NCBI GenBank assembly: GCA_014361445.1
Contig: JACIVQ010000004.1
Coordinates: forward strand, 1-49,489
Direction of reading: 5' to 3'
Source of the DNA: Methanosuratincolales archaeon
Lineage (GTDB): Archaea; Thermoproteota; Methanomethylicia; Methanomethylicales; Methanomethylicaceae
DNA length: 49,489 nt
A program made the translations under genes and the position numbers. Shown piece after piece: positions 37,354-46,885 of the stretch (its first letter is position 1; each line of letters opens with the position of its first letter). The notes under the pieces are model-generated. The model was not told where the DNA came from. It ran no database searches and was given only the letters and a program-made list of their open reading frames with translations.

Positions 37354-37716
37354 TTGGTGGAATTTAAGCTGGTGATCTCAAACCCCGAAGACGGAACGTC
37401 TAAGGCTGTTACAGTGAGCGATGCCCAGGCACAGTCCTTCATCGGACTCAAGGTTGGCGACTCCATAAGTGGAGAGGCATTTGGTTTTCCAGGAAAAGAA
37501 TTGGTGATCACTGGCGGCAGTGACAAAAGCGGGATACCTATTAGACCTGACGTGCCTGGTGGCGCGAAAAAGTATGTTCTGCTATCTGGTCCGCCTGGCT
37601 ACCATCCCAAAAAGAAGGGACAGAGGGAGCGGCGACTAGTGAGGGGGAACGTCATAACAGAGGATATTGTACAGATAAATCTCGTTGTTAAGGGAGTGGA
37701 GAAGAAGGGTGAGTGA
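37354..37716 (+). CDS. rps6e: 30S ribosomal protein eS6
   Basis: [29 protein letters not shown]. Confidence 0.97.
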   Translation: MVEFKLVISNPEDGTSKAVTVSDAQAQSFIGLKVGDSISGEAFGFPGKELVITGGSDKSGIPIRPDVPGGAKKYVLLSGPPGYHPKKKGQRERRLVRGNVITEDIVQINLVVKGVEKKGE

Positions 37717-38941
37717 AGATAGGCAGCCCGAGTGTAACATAGGACTTACTGGTCATGTAGACCATGGAAAGACCACACTTGTGGCTGCATTGAGTGGTGT
37801 CTGGGCGGCCCATCATAGTGAGGAACTTAAAAGGGGAATCACCATAAAGTTGGGCTATGCCGACACGACCTTCAGGAAATGCCCAAAGTGCCCTCCTCCA
37901 GAGTGTTATACAACAAAGAAGATCTGTCCAGTCCACAATGTTGAAACAACCTTTCTAAGAAAAGTTTCATTCGTCGATGCTCCAGGACATGAGAGCCTCA
38001 TGGCAACGATGCTATCAGGTGCCGCCTTGATGGATGGTGCAATATTGGTGATCTCGGCGGCAGAGGAATGCCCCCAGCCGCAGACCCGTGAGCATTTGGT
38101 AGCTTTAGAGATTATTGGCGTAAAAGACATCGTCATAGTCCAAAACAAGATCGATGCTGTTGACAAACAAAGGGCTCTCGAAAACTACAAACAGATCCTT
38201 GCCTTTACGAAGGGCACTATCGCAGAGGGCGCGCCGATTGTTCCGGTATCATCCCTTCATGGCGCAAACATAGATTATCTGATACAAACCTTGGAAGAGA
38301 AGATCAAGACGCCCGTTAGAGACCCTTCAAAACCTGCAAGGATGTATGTAGCGAGATCCTTCGACGTCAACAAGCCTGGGACTTTACCAAAAGATCTTAA
38401 GGGTGGAGTGTTGGGCGGGTCGCTCATACAAGGCCGTCTCAAGGTTGGAGACGAATTGGAGATACGCCCTGGCATAAAGGTTGAACAGGGCGGGAAGACC
38501 TTCTATGAACCAATATTCACTTATATCTCAAGTTTAATGTCAGGCAATACTATGATGAATGAGGTGGGTCCTGGCGGTCTCATAGGGGTTGGAACCTACC
38601 TTGACCCATCGATCACAAAGGCCGATAATCTCGTGGGAAGCGTTGCCGGAAAACCTGGGACGCTGCCTCCAACTCGCCAGGAGCTGCAGCTCAAAGTGTC
38701 TTTACTTGATAGAGTCGTTGGAACAAAGGAGATGCAAAAGGTCGAGCACTTAAAGGCTAGAGAGAGTCTCATGCTTGTCGTCGGGTCAGCCGTCACAGTG
38801 GGGGTTGTGAGCGCAGCTTATAAGGACGATGCTCAGCTTCTGCTCAAGCGTCCAGTATGTGTAGAAAGTGGCATGCGCGTTGCATTGAGCAGGATGCTAG
38901 CAGGAAGGTGGCGGCTGATAGGCTATGGATACGTCCAGTAG
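37709..38941 (+). CDS. eif2g: Translation initiation factor aIF2 gamma subunit
   Basis: [25 protein letters not shown], Zn knuckle, [19 protein letters not shown]; GTG start. Confidence 0.97.
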   Translation: MSEDRQPECNIGLTGHVDHGKTTLVAALSGVWAAHHSEELKRGITIKLGYADTTFRKCPKCPPPECYTTKKICPVHNVETTFLRKVSFVDAPGHESLMATMLSGAALMDGAILVISAAEECPQPQTREHLVALEIIGVKDIVIVQNKIDAVDKQRALENYKQILAFTKGTIAEGAPIVPVSSLHGANIDYLIQTLEEKIKTPVRDPSKPARMYVARSFDVNKPGTLPKDLKGGVLGGSLIQGRLKVGDELEIRPGIKVEQGGKTFYEPIFTYISSLMSGNTMMNEVGPGGLIGVGTYLDPSITKADNLVGSVAGKPGTLPPTRQELQLKVSLLDRVVGTKEMQKVEHLKARESLMLVVGSAVTVGVVSAAYKDDAQLLLKRPVCVESGMRVALSRMLAGRWRLIGYGYVQ

Positions 38942-39374
38942 ATTGAAAAATGAGGAAACAACCCCCGTACTTTTAGATACTAATATATTGATATATTCCG
39001 CCTCAGAACCATTTGAAATCAGGAGCCAGCTGGAGAGGCTTGGTTTTAAAAATATAATTGTTACAGAGGGCGTAAAACGGGAGCTAGAGCGACTTGCCCA
39101 GAGCGGTCGAACTAAGGAGAAAAAATTTGCAAAGCTTTCCTTAGAGATCGCCAAGAAATTCGGAACTATACCTGACCCTCCAATTCCTGGAAGCGTTGAC
39201 GATCAACTCGTTTACATTTCTAAGCAACATGGCTACATAGTAGCAACTTCTGACGCATCTTTGAGGAGGCGTCTAAAGAGAGAAGGTCTTCCGGTGATCT
39301 ACATAAAGGATAGGCGCCTTATCTCTGAATGCAACCTGGTAACAAAAGCCACGACCTCAAAAGTCTTGACTTAA
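38925..39374 (+). CDS. PIN domain protein (Fcf1/Utp24-like)
   Basis: VLLDTN, V..EL, VDD, VATSD..LRRRL...G.PVIY; conserved position after eif2g. Confidence 0.88.
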   Translation: MDTSSRLKNEETTPVLLDTNILIYSASEPFEIRSQLERLGFKNIIVTEGVKRELERLAQSGRTKEKKFAKLSLEIAKKFGTIPDPPIPGSVDDQLVYISKQHGYIVATSDASLRRRLKREGLPVIYIKDRRLISECNLVTKATTSKVLT

Positions 39375-39565
39375 TGATGCACTTCCTTCAATTTTAAGTT
39401 GTCTTTGCCCACCCCCAACTGGAATTGACAAATTGGTTACGTTTTAGCACACTTCCAATAATGATAGAATATCTTTGCCCAAACATATCTTCAATGGTTA
39501 TAATGGTTATATAAATTGAAGCTTTATTATTGACCTTCAAGAAATCTTTATTGAGTGAATCAACT

Positions 39566-40087
39566 ATGGCAAAAACAGATAAAAAGAAAGAATTGGCACG
39601 TCTCATTTACTGTTCAGGCTTGCTTGAGGAAAAATTGGCAAAGGTTTATGGAAATCTTGCCACCAGCGTATCCGATGATCTCATCAAATGTCTTTTCAGA
39701 TACATCGCCTTAGATTCCAATAAACATGCTGAATTCTTCAAATTACTAAGCGAATGGCTGGGTGCCAGTGTGGGGCCCAGTTTCGAAGAATGCGGAGAAG
39801 TTTGGGGTAAGAAGTGGAGTGATGTAATGTATGATGCAGAACTGCTTCTAAGTAAAAGCAAAATAACCTCGGAAGAGATCTCCTCACTTATAAGCAATCT
39901 AGAGAGATTGGAAGGGGCGGTTGCAGAGGAATATTTGACAATCATGCACATCAGATTAGTCGAGATAATGGCTGAGGAGGAGAAAATCGACCTCAAATAT
40001 TGTAAGGAGATACTAGAATTTATAGTGGAAGATGAAAATAAACACGAGCGGATCCTCAAAACAGTCAAAAATCTATTACAAAAGTAA
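39566..40087 (+). CDS. Ferritin-like/rubrerythrin-like diiron four-helix bundle protein
   Basis: Duplicated motif E...Y...IALDSNKH and E...Y...IVEDENKH; GAGTGA SD. Confidence 0.7.
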   Translation: MAKTDKKKELARLIYCSGLLEEKLAKVYGNLATSVSDDLIKCLFRYIALDSNKHAEFFKLLSEWLGASVGPSFEECGEVWGKKWSDVMYDAELLLSKSKITSEEISSLISNLERLEGAVAEEYLTIMHIRLVEIMAEEEKIDLKYCKEILEFIVEDENKHERILKTVKNLLQK

Positions 40088-40092
40088 ATTTT

Positions 40093-40530
40093 TTAACGTC
40101 TCCTCTCCCAGTCTTCGAGTCCTCCACTAATTACCCTAAAAATTGGATTCGCCTCAATTTTTTTGATATCCGCCCCCTTCAACTCATCAAACTTTTTCCT
40201 ATCCCTTAACTCAACCTTCTTCAAGAGATGGAAAAATTCATACTCCAATTGCCCGTCTGTGATCGTGACCGCCCCGTTGGCCTCGATTTCTCCGATCTTG
40301 GAAATATCAAAAGAATATCCCCTTCTTTTAGCTTCTAGGTAAATTTGAAATAGATAAGCATCTATCAAATCTACTGGCTTCTCATAACGCTCAAACCTCA
40401 AAAGTTGTGGATGATTTCTGTACCCTTTCACTTTGCCTTCTAATACTTTCTTCGCCAGCAGTCCTTCCCTCCAAACCGCCACCAAGCCTCTACAATCAAG
40501 ATATTTTGGATGAATTGACCACAACCTCAT
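40093..40530 (-). CDS. Pyrimidine dimer DNA glycosylase / T4 endonuclease V-like protein
   Basis: MRLWSIHPKYLD..GLVAVWREGLLA..VL.G..KGY.NHPQL.RF, EA..RGY.FD. Confidence 0.85.
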   Translation of the reverse strand: MRLWSIHPKYLDCRGLVAVWREGLLAKKVLEGKVKGYRNHPQLLRFERYEKPVDLIDAYLFQIYLEAKRRGYSFDISKIGEIEANGAVTITDGQLEYEFFHLLKKVELRDRKKFDELKGADIKKIEANPIFRVISGGLEDWERRR

Positions 40531-40708
40531 TGAAAAGCACCATTTTCCAAAACATTTGCCGTTAAAAATTTCTTTTCTACCAGTGAGCATTAAATATTAT
40601 ACCATAAAGCATAACTGAAAATATACAAATGCAAGGCATGATAAATGCATCAAGTTTTTATAGTCCTTCTGAATGTGCTATCCATAAATTGCCCATTTGG
40701 TGGGAATT

Positions 40709-41290
40709 ATGTTTAAACTTCTTCAAATAAATGACGTTGTAAGGATCCCGCCGGAAAAGTTCGAATCACCACTTGAAAGTGTGGCTGCTGAAGTGCTAAG
40801 ATCGACCTATGAAGGTGTGGTGATGCGCGAATTTGGCGCCATAATTGCGGTATTAAATGTAAAGGTCTCAAATGTTGGCAAGATCTTGCCGGGCGATGGT
40901 GCTGTTTATCATAAAGCCTCATTCGACCTTCTAGTTTATACCCCTCTAATTCAGGAGGTCGTAGAGGGCGAAGTGGTCGAGGTTACAGATTTCGGTGTAT
41001 TCGTCAGGATAGGTCCCATGGATGGACTTGTTCACGTTTCGCAAGTTATGGATGACTTTATAACCTACGATGAGAAGAGGGGGGCTCTGATAGGGAAGGA
41101 GACTCAAAGAGTTTTGGAGAAAGGATCATTGGTTCGAGCTAGAATCATCACAGTCAGCCTTACTGGCGGTCCGTCTCGAAGTAGCAAGATAGGGATGACT
41201 ATGCGGCAGCCCTACCTAGGCGCACTATCTTGGATCGAGGAGGACATCAGAAAAAGTATTGGAGAAAAGGTAAATGAGAAGGCAAAGTAG
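40709..41290 (+). CDS. rpoE1: RNA polymerase subunit Rpo7 (E')
   Basis: VRIPP, I.PGDG, S1 domain EVVEGEV..FGVFV.IGP.DGL.HVSQ, TMRQP.LG. Confidence 0.97.
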   Translation: MFKLLQINDVVRIPPEKFESPLESVAAEVLRSTYEGVVMREFGAIIAVLNVKVSNVGKILPGDGAVYHKASFDLLVYTPLIQEVVEGEVVEVTDFGVFVRIGPMDGLVHVSQVMDDFITYDEKRGALIGKETQRVLEKGSLVRARIITVSLTGGPSRSSKIGMTMRQPYLGALSWIEEDIRKSIGEKVNEKAK

Positions 41291-41463
41291 CTTTAAAGAA
41301 AAAAGTAAGTGGGGATCAGTGTTAATGCAAATAGAAGTTGATATTTGCAGCCTAAATTGTGACCATGATCAAAATAATAAAACTCAAAATGTGCGCCTAA
41401 GTCTAAATAAAAGTAAAAATGTAAAATATTGTAAAGTATTTAAAAACTAATGAGTGGTTAAAA

Positions 41464-41673
41464 ATGAGTAAAGACAAGCCGTCCTCTACAAAGTTTGCAT
41501 GTAGAAAGTGCAAATATATTCTGGGCGAAGATGATGTTAAGTGCCCTATTTGTGGCGGCACGGATCTCACCGAGGAGTGGAGCGGATTAGTGGTTGTCCT
41601 AGATACTTCATCAAGTATTGCCCAGACGATGGGAGCAAAAAAACCTGGGCGATATGCTATAAAGGTACGCTGA
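41464..41673 (+). CDS. spt4: Transcription elongation factor Spt4 (RpoE2)
   Basis: ACRKC...CPICG, W.GLVV, PG.YAIKVR. Confidence 0.96.
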   Translation: MSKDKPSSTKFACRKCKYILGEDDVKCPICGGTDLTEEWSGLVVVLDTSSSIAQTMGAKKPGRYAIKVR

Positions 41674-41685
41674 ATATGCTCTTGG

Positions 41686-42207
41686 GTGTGTGTCTTGGGT
41701 TTACTTAGGCTGCCCGAGAGGCTAAGATCAGAGCTCTCAAAGCCTCATGGTCTCCTTCTAACAGGCGACCTAGACTCCAATGTTGACTCTGTTCTCTCCC
41801 TAATAAGACAGGAAAACCCTCCCAAAGTCGTCGTTGTTGGGGACTATGCCCTAACCGGCTTCATAAAATTTGGTTATATGCCTAGTCTCGGAATCTATGA
41901 TAGAAAGACCAAACGTTTCCCCTTCCCCTTGACCTTAGAGCCAACAGAGGTTACAAAAAACCCTCCTGGTCATATCTCAGACGAAGCTGTTCTTGCAATT
42001 AGGCGTCTCATCTCCTCCCCTTCTCCCTCACTTTTATATGTTGATGGAGAGGAAGATCTTTTGTCCATCCCCGCAATCCTTCACTCGCCTGAAGGCTCTT
42101 TCGTGATTTATGGTCTCCCATCGAAGGGAATGGTCGTTATAAAAGTTGACAAAGAGATAAAGAAAAAAGTTACAAAGATTTTGGAGGATTTTGAGAGGGT
42201 CTCCTGA
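41686..42207 (+). CDS. GTP-dependent dephospho-CoA kinase (DUF359)
   Basis: LR..L..P.G, VGD, D.KT.R, NPPG.I, V.GEEDL, YG.P..G; position after spt4. Confidence 0.88.
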   Translation: MCVLGLLRLPERLRSELSKPHGLLLTGDLDSNVDSVLSLIRQENPPKVVVVGDYALTGFIKFGYMPSLGIYDRKTKRFPFPLTLEPTEVTKNPPGHISDEAVLAIRRLISSPSPSLLYVDGEEDLLSIPAILHSPEGSFVIYGLPSKGMVVIKVDKEIKKKVTKILEDFERVS

Positions 42208-42209
42208 TC

Positions 42210-43454
42210 TTAAACCCACCCTCTCACTTTCATCGCTTCTGCCACTCTGTTAATGGCGCAAATATATGCCGCCATCCTCATCTCTGTGCCGTACTTCTTG
42301 TATGTCTCATAGACGTTGTTAAAGGCCTTAACTAACAACTTGTCTAATTTCTCTATTACCTCTTCTTTACTCCAGTAGTAGTTCTGCAGATTTTGCACCC
42401 ACTCGAAGTACGAAGTGCTAACTCCGCCTGAATTTGCCAGTACGTCAGGGACGACTACTATCCCCCTCTTGAAGAGGATCTCGTCGGCTTCTGGTGTAGT
42501 AGGTCCGTTTGCCCCCTCCAATATTAGCCTTGCCTTTATTTTGTCAGCATTCTTCTCTGTTATCTGGTTCTCCAGTGCTGCAGGTATCAGAATATCGCAC
42601 TCCTGCTCAAGCAGCTGCTCATTGGTCATGTCCTCCGCATCAGGATATCCCACCACGCTCCCAGTCTTCTCTTTGAATTTGCTGACATGTTCTACTGAGA
42701 GTCCTTTCTTGCTGTAAATCCCTCCCCTCGAGTCGCTCACTCCGACTATCTTGCAGCCTAACTTCTCCATGAAATAGGCAGAGTAGTATCCCACGTTGCC
42801 GAAACCTTGAACTACAACCGTTGCCTTTTTCAGTTCGATTCCAAGCTTCTTAGCTGCCTCTCTCCCTGTTATCGCCACTCCCATACCTGTGGCCTCGACC
42901 CTGCCCTCAGACCCCCCTATGATTATGGGCTTGCCTGTCACCGTGCCAGGGACGTTGTACCCTTTGACCTTGCTGTATTCGTCCATGAACCACGCCATCT
43001 CTCTACCAGATGTATTTACGTCACCAGCAGGGATGTCTATATCCGGTCCTACTATGGAAGAGATCGCATGGAAGTAGCCTCTAGAGAGCCTCTCGATCTC
43101 CCCCACACTCATCTCCTTGGGGTTACATATGACCCCTCCCTTGGCACCGCCGTATGGTAGCCCAGCAACTGCACACTTCCAAGTCATCCATATTGATAGC
43201 GCCATCACCTCCTCCATGGTAACGTTCGGGTGGTATCTTATCCCTCCTTTGAATGGTCCCAGAGCATCATTGTGTTGCGACCTAAACCCCGTGAAAACTT
43301 TGATTTTTCCGTTGTCCATCCGGACAGGCACATTAACACACAGCACTCTCTTTGGATATTTCAGGATCTCGTGGATGTTCGGGTCTAGATTCATTATCTT
43401 TGCGCATTTATCCAGCTGTTCTAAAGCCATTTGATATGGATTTCTCTCGGGCAT
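42210..43454 (-). CDS. gdhA: NAD(P)-specific glutamate dehydrogenase
   Basis: GPFKGGIRYHP, MTWKCA..LPYGGAKGG, TGKP, VQGFGNVG, EGANGP, PD.LANSGGV..SYFEWVQN. Confidence 0.96.
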   Translation of the reverse strand: MPERNPYQMALEQLDKCAKIMNLDPNIHEILKYPKRVLCVNVPVRMDNGKIKVFTGFRSQHNDALGPFKGGIRYHPNVTMEEVMALSIWMTWKCAVAGLPYGGAKGGVICNPKEMSVGEIERLSRGYFHAISSIVGPDIDIPAGDVNTSGREMAWFMDEYSKVKGYNVPGTVTGKPIIIGGSEGRVEATGMGVAITGREAAKKLGIELKKATVVVQGFGNVGYYSAYFMEKLGCKIVGVSDSRGGIYSKKGLSVEHVSKFKEKTGSVVGYPDAEDMTNEQLLEQECDILIPAALENQITEKNADKIKARLILEGANGPTTPEADEILFKRGIVVVPDVLANSGGVSTSYFEWVQNLQNYYWSKEEVIEKLDKLLVKAFNNVYETYKKYGTEMRMAAYICAINRVAEAMKVRGWV

Positions 43455-43635
43455 ATAGTTTCATCTCGTTGAGAAGATTTAAAACCCCCTACTTATTAAG
43501 ATTTATTAAAACATGTTAACAATTAATAATGGAATACCGGGAAAAGATGGCTTAAAAAATCCTAAAAATGATCGACCAACAGATAAGCTAAAAAAGGAGA
43601 ACGCTTTTTTCTACAACGAAACGGATGTGCAAACG

Positions 43636-43983
43636 ATGTCCTCGGAAGAATATCAAATATCAATCGTAGAAGACCGATTCAATCCTCTTCTAGAGAGGAG
43701 AGAAGTTAAGATAGAGGTCGTTTCGAAATCAACGCCCAAAAGAGATCTTTTGAGGAAGGCTGTAGCGTCCTCTCTAAAGGTCCCTGTAGAGTGTGTTTAC
43801 GTGAGGAGCTGCCTATCCTCTTTTGGAACAAACATCTCCATGTGTAGGGTGCATGTATACAAAGATCCCGAGCGGGGTAAAAAATTAGAACCAAAGCACG
43901 TCCAGCTCCGGAATCTATCGAGAGAGGAGCGTGCACAGGCCCTATCCTCCCAATCAGCCTCAAAATCTAGCGAGAAAAAATAG
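43636..43983 (+). CDS. rps24e: 30S ribosomal protein eS24
   Basis: NPLLERREV, TP.R, FG, VY...EPKH; position before rps27ae. Confidence 0.92.
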   Translation: MSSEEYQISIVEDRFNPLLERREVKIEVVSKSTPKRDLLRKAVASSLKVPVECVYVRSCLSSFGTNISMCRVHVYKDPERGKKLEPKHVQLRNLSREERAQALSSQSASKSSEKK

Positions 43984-43992
43984 GTGATCTAA

Positions 43993-44157
43993 ATGACAAA
44001 ACCATCCGACCTTTACGAATATAACTACGAACAAAACAAGATAGTCCCAAAAAATAGAACCTGTTCGCGGTGCGGTAGATTCATGGCAAAGCACACAAAG
44101 CCTAGCCCTAGATGGGCATGTGGTTACTGTGGGTATACAGAATTCATACGTCAATGA
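43993..44157 (+). CDS. rps27ae: 30S ribosomal protein eS31 (S27ae), 54 aa; not in the ORF track
   Basis: Manual translation MTKPSDLYEY...KNRTCSRCGRFMAKH...RWACGYCGYTEF; AGGTGA SD. Confidence 0.95.
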   Translation: MTKPSDLYEYNYEQNKIVPKNRTCSRCGRFMAKHTKPSPRWACGYCGYTEFIRQ

Positions 44158-44186
44158 AGGCATAGAACGTCAATAAAGGCATAGAA
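44148..44186 (+). repeat. 19-bp tandem duplication spanning the rps27ae stop
   Basis: acgtcaaTGAaggcataga / acgtcaaTAAaggcataga. Confidence 0.8.
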
Positions 44187-44187
44187 A

Positions 44188-45177
44188 ATGAGAAAGCTCT
44201 ACGTAATGGGCATAGAGTCTACGGCTCACACTTTTGGTTGTGGTATAGTTTCCTCTAATGGTGAAATCCTCTCAAACTTGAGATCAGAGTATATCCCCTC
44301 TTCCGGGGGGATCCATCCCCGCGAGGCAAGCCAGCATCATGCCTCTAAAGCCTCGACAACGATTAAGCAGTCTCTTAATGAAGCTGCCCTCAGGCTAAAC
44401 GAGTTGGACGCCGTCGCTATATCTCTTGGTCCTGGTCTCGGTCCATGCTTGAGGACTGGTGCCACCGTTGCTAGAGCTATAGCATTGATGATTAAAAAAC
44501 CCCTTATACCCGTGAACCACTGCGTAGCCCATATTGAGATCGGCAGACTGACCACAAAGGAGGATGACCCATTGGTGGCATACGTCTCGGGCGGGAACAC
44601 TATCGTCTCGGCATACTCCGATGGGCGATATAGGGTATTCGGGGAGACTCTGGATATTGCTTTGGGGAATTGTTTAGACGCGTTCGCCCGCTCATTAGGT
44701 CTTGGTCATCCTGGTGTTCCAAAACTCGAAGCCTTGGCAGAGAGAGGTAAAAATTTCATCCCGCTCCCTTACGTTGTCAAGGGTCAAGACGTATCCTACT
44801 CAGGTCTATTGACTATGGCTACCAGAAAAATTCCAGAGAGTAACCCAAGCGACTTGAGTATGAGCCTCTTAGAGGTTGCTTATGGGATGTTGGCGGAGGT
44901 TGTCGAGAGGGCCTTGGCTCACACAGAGAAGCCCTCATTATTACTGACCGGGGGGGTCGCACGGAGCCCACGTCTGCAGAGGATATTAAAGGCAGTGTGC
45001 GACGAACACTCTGCAAGATTTCATGTTGTGCCACCAGATCTCGCTGGGGATAACGGGGCAATGATCGCTTGGACAGGCTACCTTGCGTTCAAAGAAGGGA
45101 TTAGCGTTCCTGTGGAGTCCAGCTACATAAGGCAGAGATGGCGCCTTGATGAGGTGGAGGTACCATGGAGAAGATGA
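44188..45177 (+). CDS. kae1: KEOPS subunit Kae1 (t6A threonylcarbamoyltransferase)
   Basis: GIESTAH, GPGLGPCL, VNHCVAH, VSGGNT, GETLDIA.GN..D, DNGAMIA. Confidence 0.97.
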   Translation: MRKLYVMGIESTAHTFGCGIVSSNGEILSNLRSEYIPSSGGIHPREASQHHASKASTTIKQSLNEAALRLNELDAVAISLGPGLGPCLRTGATVARAIALMIKKPLIPVNHCVAHIEIGRLTTKEDDPLVAYVSGGNTIVSAYSDGRYRVFGETLDIALGNCLDAFARSLGLGHPGVPKLEALAERGKNFIPLPYVVKGQDVSYSGLLTMATRKIPESNPSDLSMSLLEVAYGMLAEVVERALAHTEKPSLLLTGGVARSPRLQRILKAVCDEHSARFHVVPPDLAGDNGAMIAWTGYLAFKEGISVPVESSYIRQRWRLDEVEVPWRR

Positions 45178-45806
45178 CGCTGATAAAGAAGGGGGCAGAG
45201 GCTGAACTTTACAGGATTACTTGGATGGGGCGCGACTCTGTACTGAAGCGGAGAATAAAAAAAGTCTATCGCAACCCAGACCTTGATTTGTACATACGTA
45301 CCACCAGGACTAGTTTAGAGGCGAAGCTACTTTCCGAGGCTAGAAGGCTTGGTGTACCAACACCAATAGTATACTCAATTGACCTCAAGAATACCGAGAT
45401 TATCATGAGTTTCATACCTGGGGTGCCGCTCAAGAAGATCATTCCTAATATGGAACGGAAGACCCTACATGAAACTTTTAGTCTAGTCGGCAGCCTTGTT
45501 GGCAGACTCCATAAAGGCGGAATAGTCCACGGTGACTTAACCACCTCAAATATGATTTTAAAGGACGGCGTCCTCTTCTTGATAGATTTTGGACTTGGCG
45601 ACCACACCTTCGATTTGGAGGCTAGAGGTGTGGACATCCACCTCATGCGAAGAGCTCTAGAGAGCTCGCACCACGAGGTCTCCAAGTGGGCGTATGATGG
45701 TTTCATATCTGGGTACGAGAAAATAATGGGCGACGAGATAAAAGACATATTGAGAAGGGTTAACGAGATCCGGCGAAGGGGGCGCTATGTCGAGGGTGGG
45801 CGATAA
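45165..45806 (+). CDS. bud32: KEOPS kinase/ATPase Bud32
   Basis: GAEA, YR.P.LD, HGDLTTSN, IDFGL, RGRY. Confidence 0.96.
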   Translation: MEKMTLIKKGAEAELYRITWMGRDSVLKRRIKKVYRNPDLDLYIRTTRTSLEAKLLSEARRLGVPTPIVYSIDLKNTEIIMSFIPGVPLKKIIPNMERKTLHETFSLVGSLVGRLHKGGIVHGDLTTSNMILKDGVLFLIDFGLGDHTFDLEARGVDIHLMRRALESSHHEVSKWAYDGFISGYEKIMGDEIKDILRRVNEIRRRGRYVEGGR

Positions 45807-45811
45807 GCGCT

Positions 45812-46384
45812 ATGGTCTCTATTCTCTTCATAACCAACAATGAACACAAAGTTGAGGAAGCCAACAGGATCCTCTCTCCGTTTGGAGTTCGGCTGGAGAT
45901 GTCCCCCCAAAAGAAGGTAGAGATCCAGTCCGATTCCCTCGTAAAGATAGCAAAATATGCTGCTCTGATGGCAGCAAAAAAGTTAAAATCCCCTCTCTTG
46001 GTCGAGGACTCAGGCCTCTTTATTAAGACATTAAATGGCTTCCCTGGACCATTCTCTTCCTACGTTCAAAAAACCATTGGATGTGAAGGCATACTCAAAC
46101 TTCTTCAAGGAAGAGAGGATCGGGATGCCGTCTTCAGATGCGCCGTTGCTTTTTGGTCTCCATCACTGGGTATTCACACATTTCAGGGCAGATCATTGGG
46201 AAGGATCTCTCTCAGTGTGCGTGGACACGCTGGATTCGGATTTGATCCAATATTCGTCCCCAGTGGTGAAGACCTAACTTTTGCTGAGATGCCACCAGAA
46301 CAAAAGGACCGTTTCTCCCATAGGGGCGCCGCTTTTAGGGCCTTTGGGTCGTGGCTCTCCTCAAAAAATATAGCTAAACCTTAA
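45812..46384 (+). CDS. rdgB: XTP/dITP diphosphatase (Ham1/RdgB family)
   Basis: TNN.HK..E, EDSGL...LNGFPG, GFGFDPIF, K...SHRG.A. Confidence 0.95.
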   Translation: MVSILFITNNEHKVEEANRILSPFGVRLEMSPQKKVEIQSDSLVKIAKYAALMAAKKLKSPLLVEDSGLFIKTLNGFPGPFSSYVQKTIGCEGILKLLQGREDRDAVFRCAVAFWSPSLGIHTFQGRSLGRISLSVRGHAGFGFDPIFVPSGEDLTFAEMPPEQKDRFSHRGAAFRAFGSWLSSKNIAKP

Positions 46385-46415
46385 ATAATAGCTCCTTTTT
46401 CTATCGTTTGCTTAG

Positions 46416-46874
46416 GTGGGCTCTTTGAGGAAGAGTAAGATAAAAGGCAAATCACATTCAATGAGGCCTGTGGAAAGTGGTGCACCAAAATGGGTGAAGG
46501 CCACTTCTGATGAGGTAGAGTCACTCATAATTGAATTCGCAAAGAAAGGCATACCTCCATCCCAGATCGGAGTGATCCTCAGGGACCAGTATGGTATACC
46601 GCTTGCGAAACAGATAACTGGAAAGAAGGTTTGTGAAACTCTTTCTGAGAAAAATTTGGCACCCAAGATTCCTGAGGACCTATTCAACCTCATAAAGCAC
46701 GCCTCCAAGATTCGAAGACACTTGGAGGAGCATCCGAAAGATATGAGTTCCAAAAGAGGTCTCCAGCTCATAGAGTCCAAGATAAATCGTTTGGCAAAAT
46801 ATTACACATCAGTAGGAAAACTCCCACGCGACTGGAAGTATTCGCCGGAGAAGGCATCAATACTTGCCAGATAG
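46416..46874 (+). CDS. rps15: 30S ribosomal protein uS15
   Basis: [38 protein letters not shown]. Confidence 0.97.
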   Translation: MGSLRKSKIKGKSHSMRPVESGAPKWVKATSDEVESLIIEFAKKGIPPSQIGVILRDQYGIPLAKQITGKKVCETLSEKNLAPKIPEDLFNLIKHASKIRRHLEEHPKDMSSKRGLQLIESKINRLAKYYTSVGKLPRDWKYSPEKASILAR

Positions 46875-46885
46875 GGGTAAATTTT

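Noticed and set aside
41325-41450. 41-codon ORF between rpoE1 and spt4
   Set aside because: Asn/Lys-rich translation of A-rich spacer, weak SD, no recognisable motif.
43513-43635. 41-aa N-terminal extension of eS24 in the ORF track
   Set aside because: Lies in the gdhA/rps24e promoter region; homology starts at ATG 43636.
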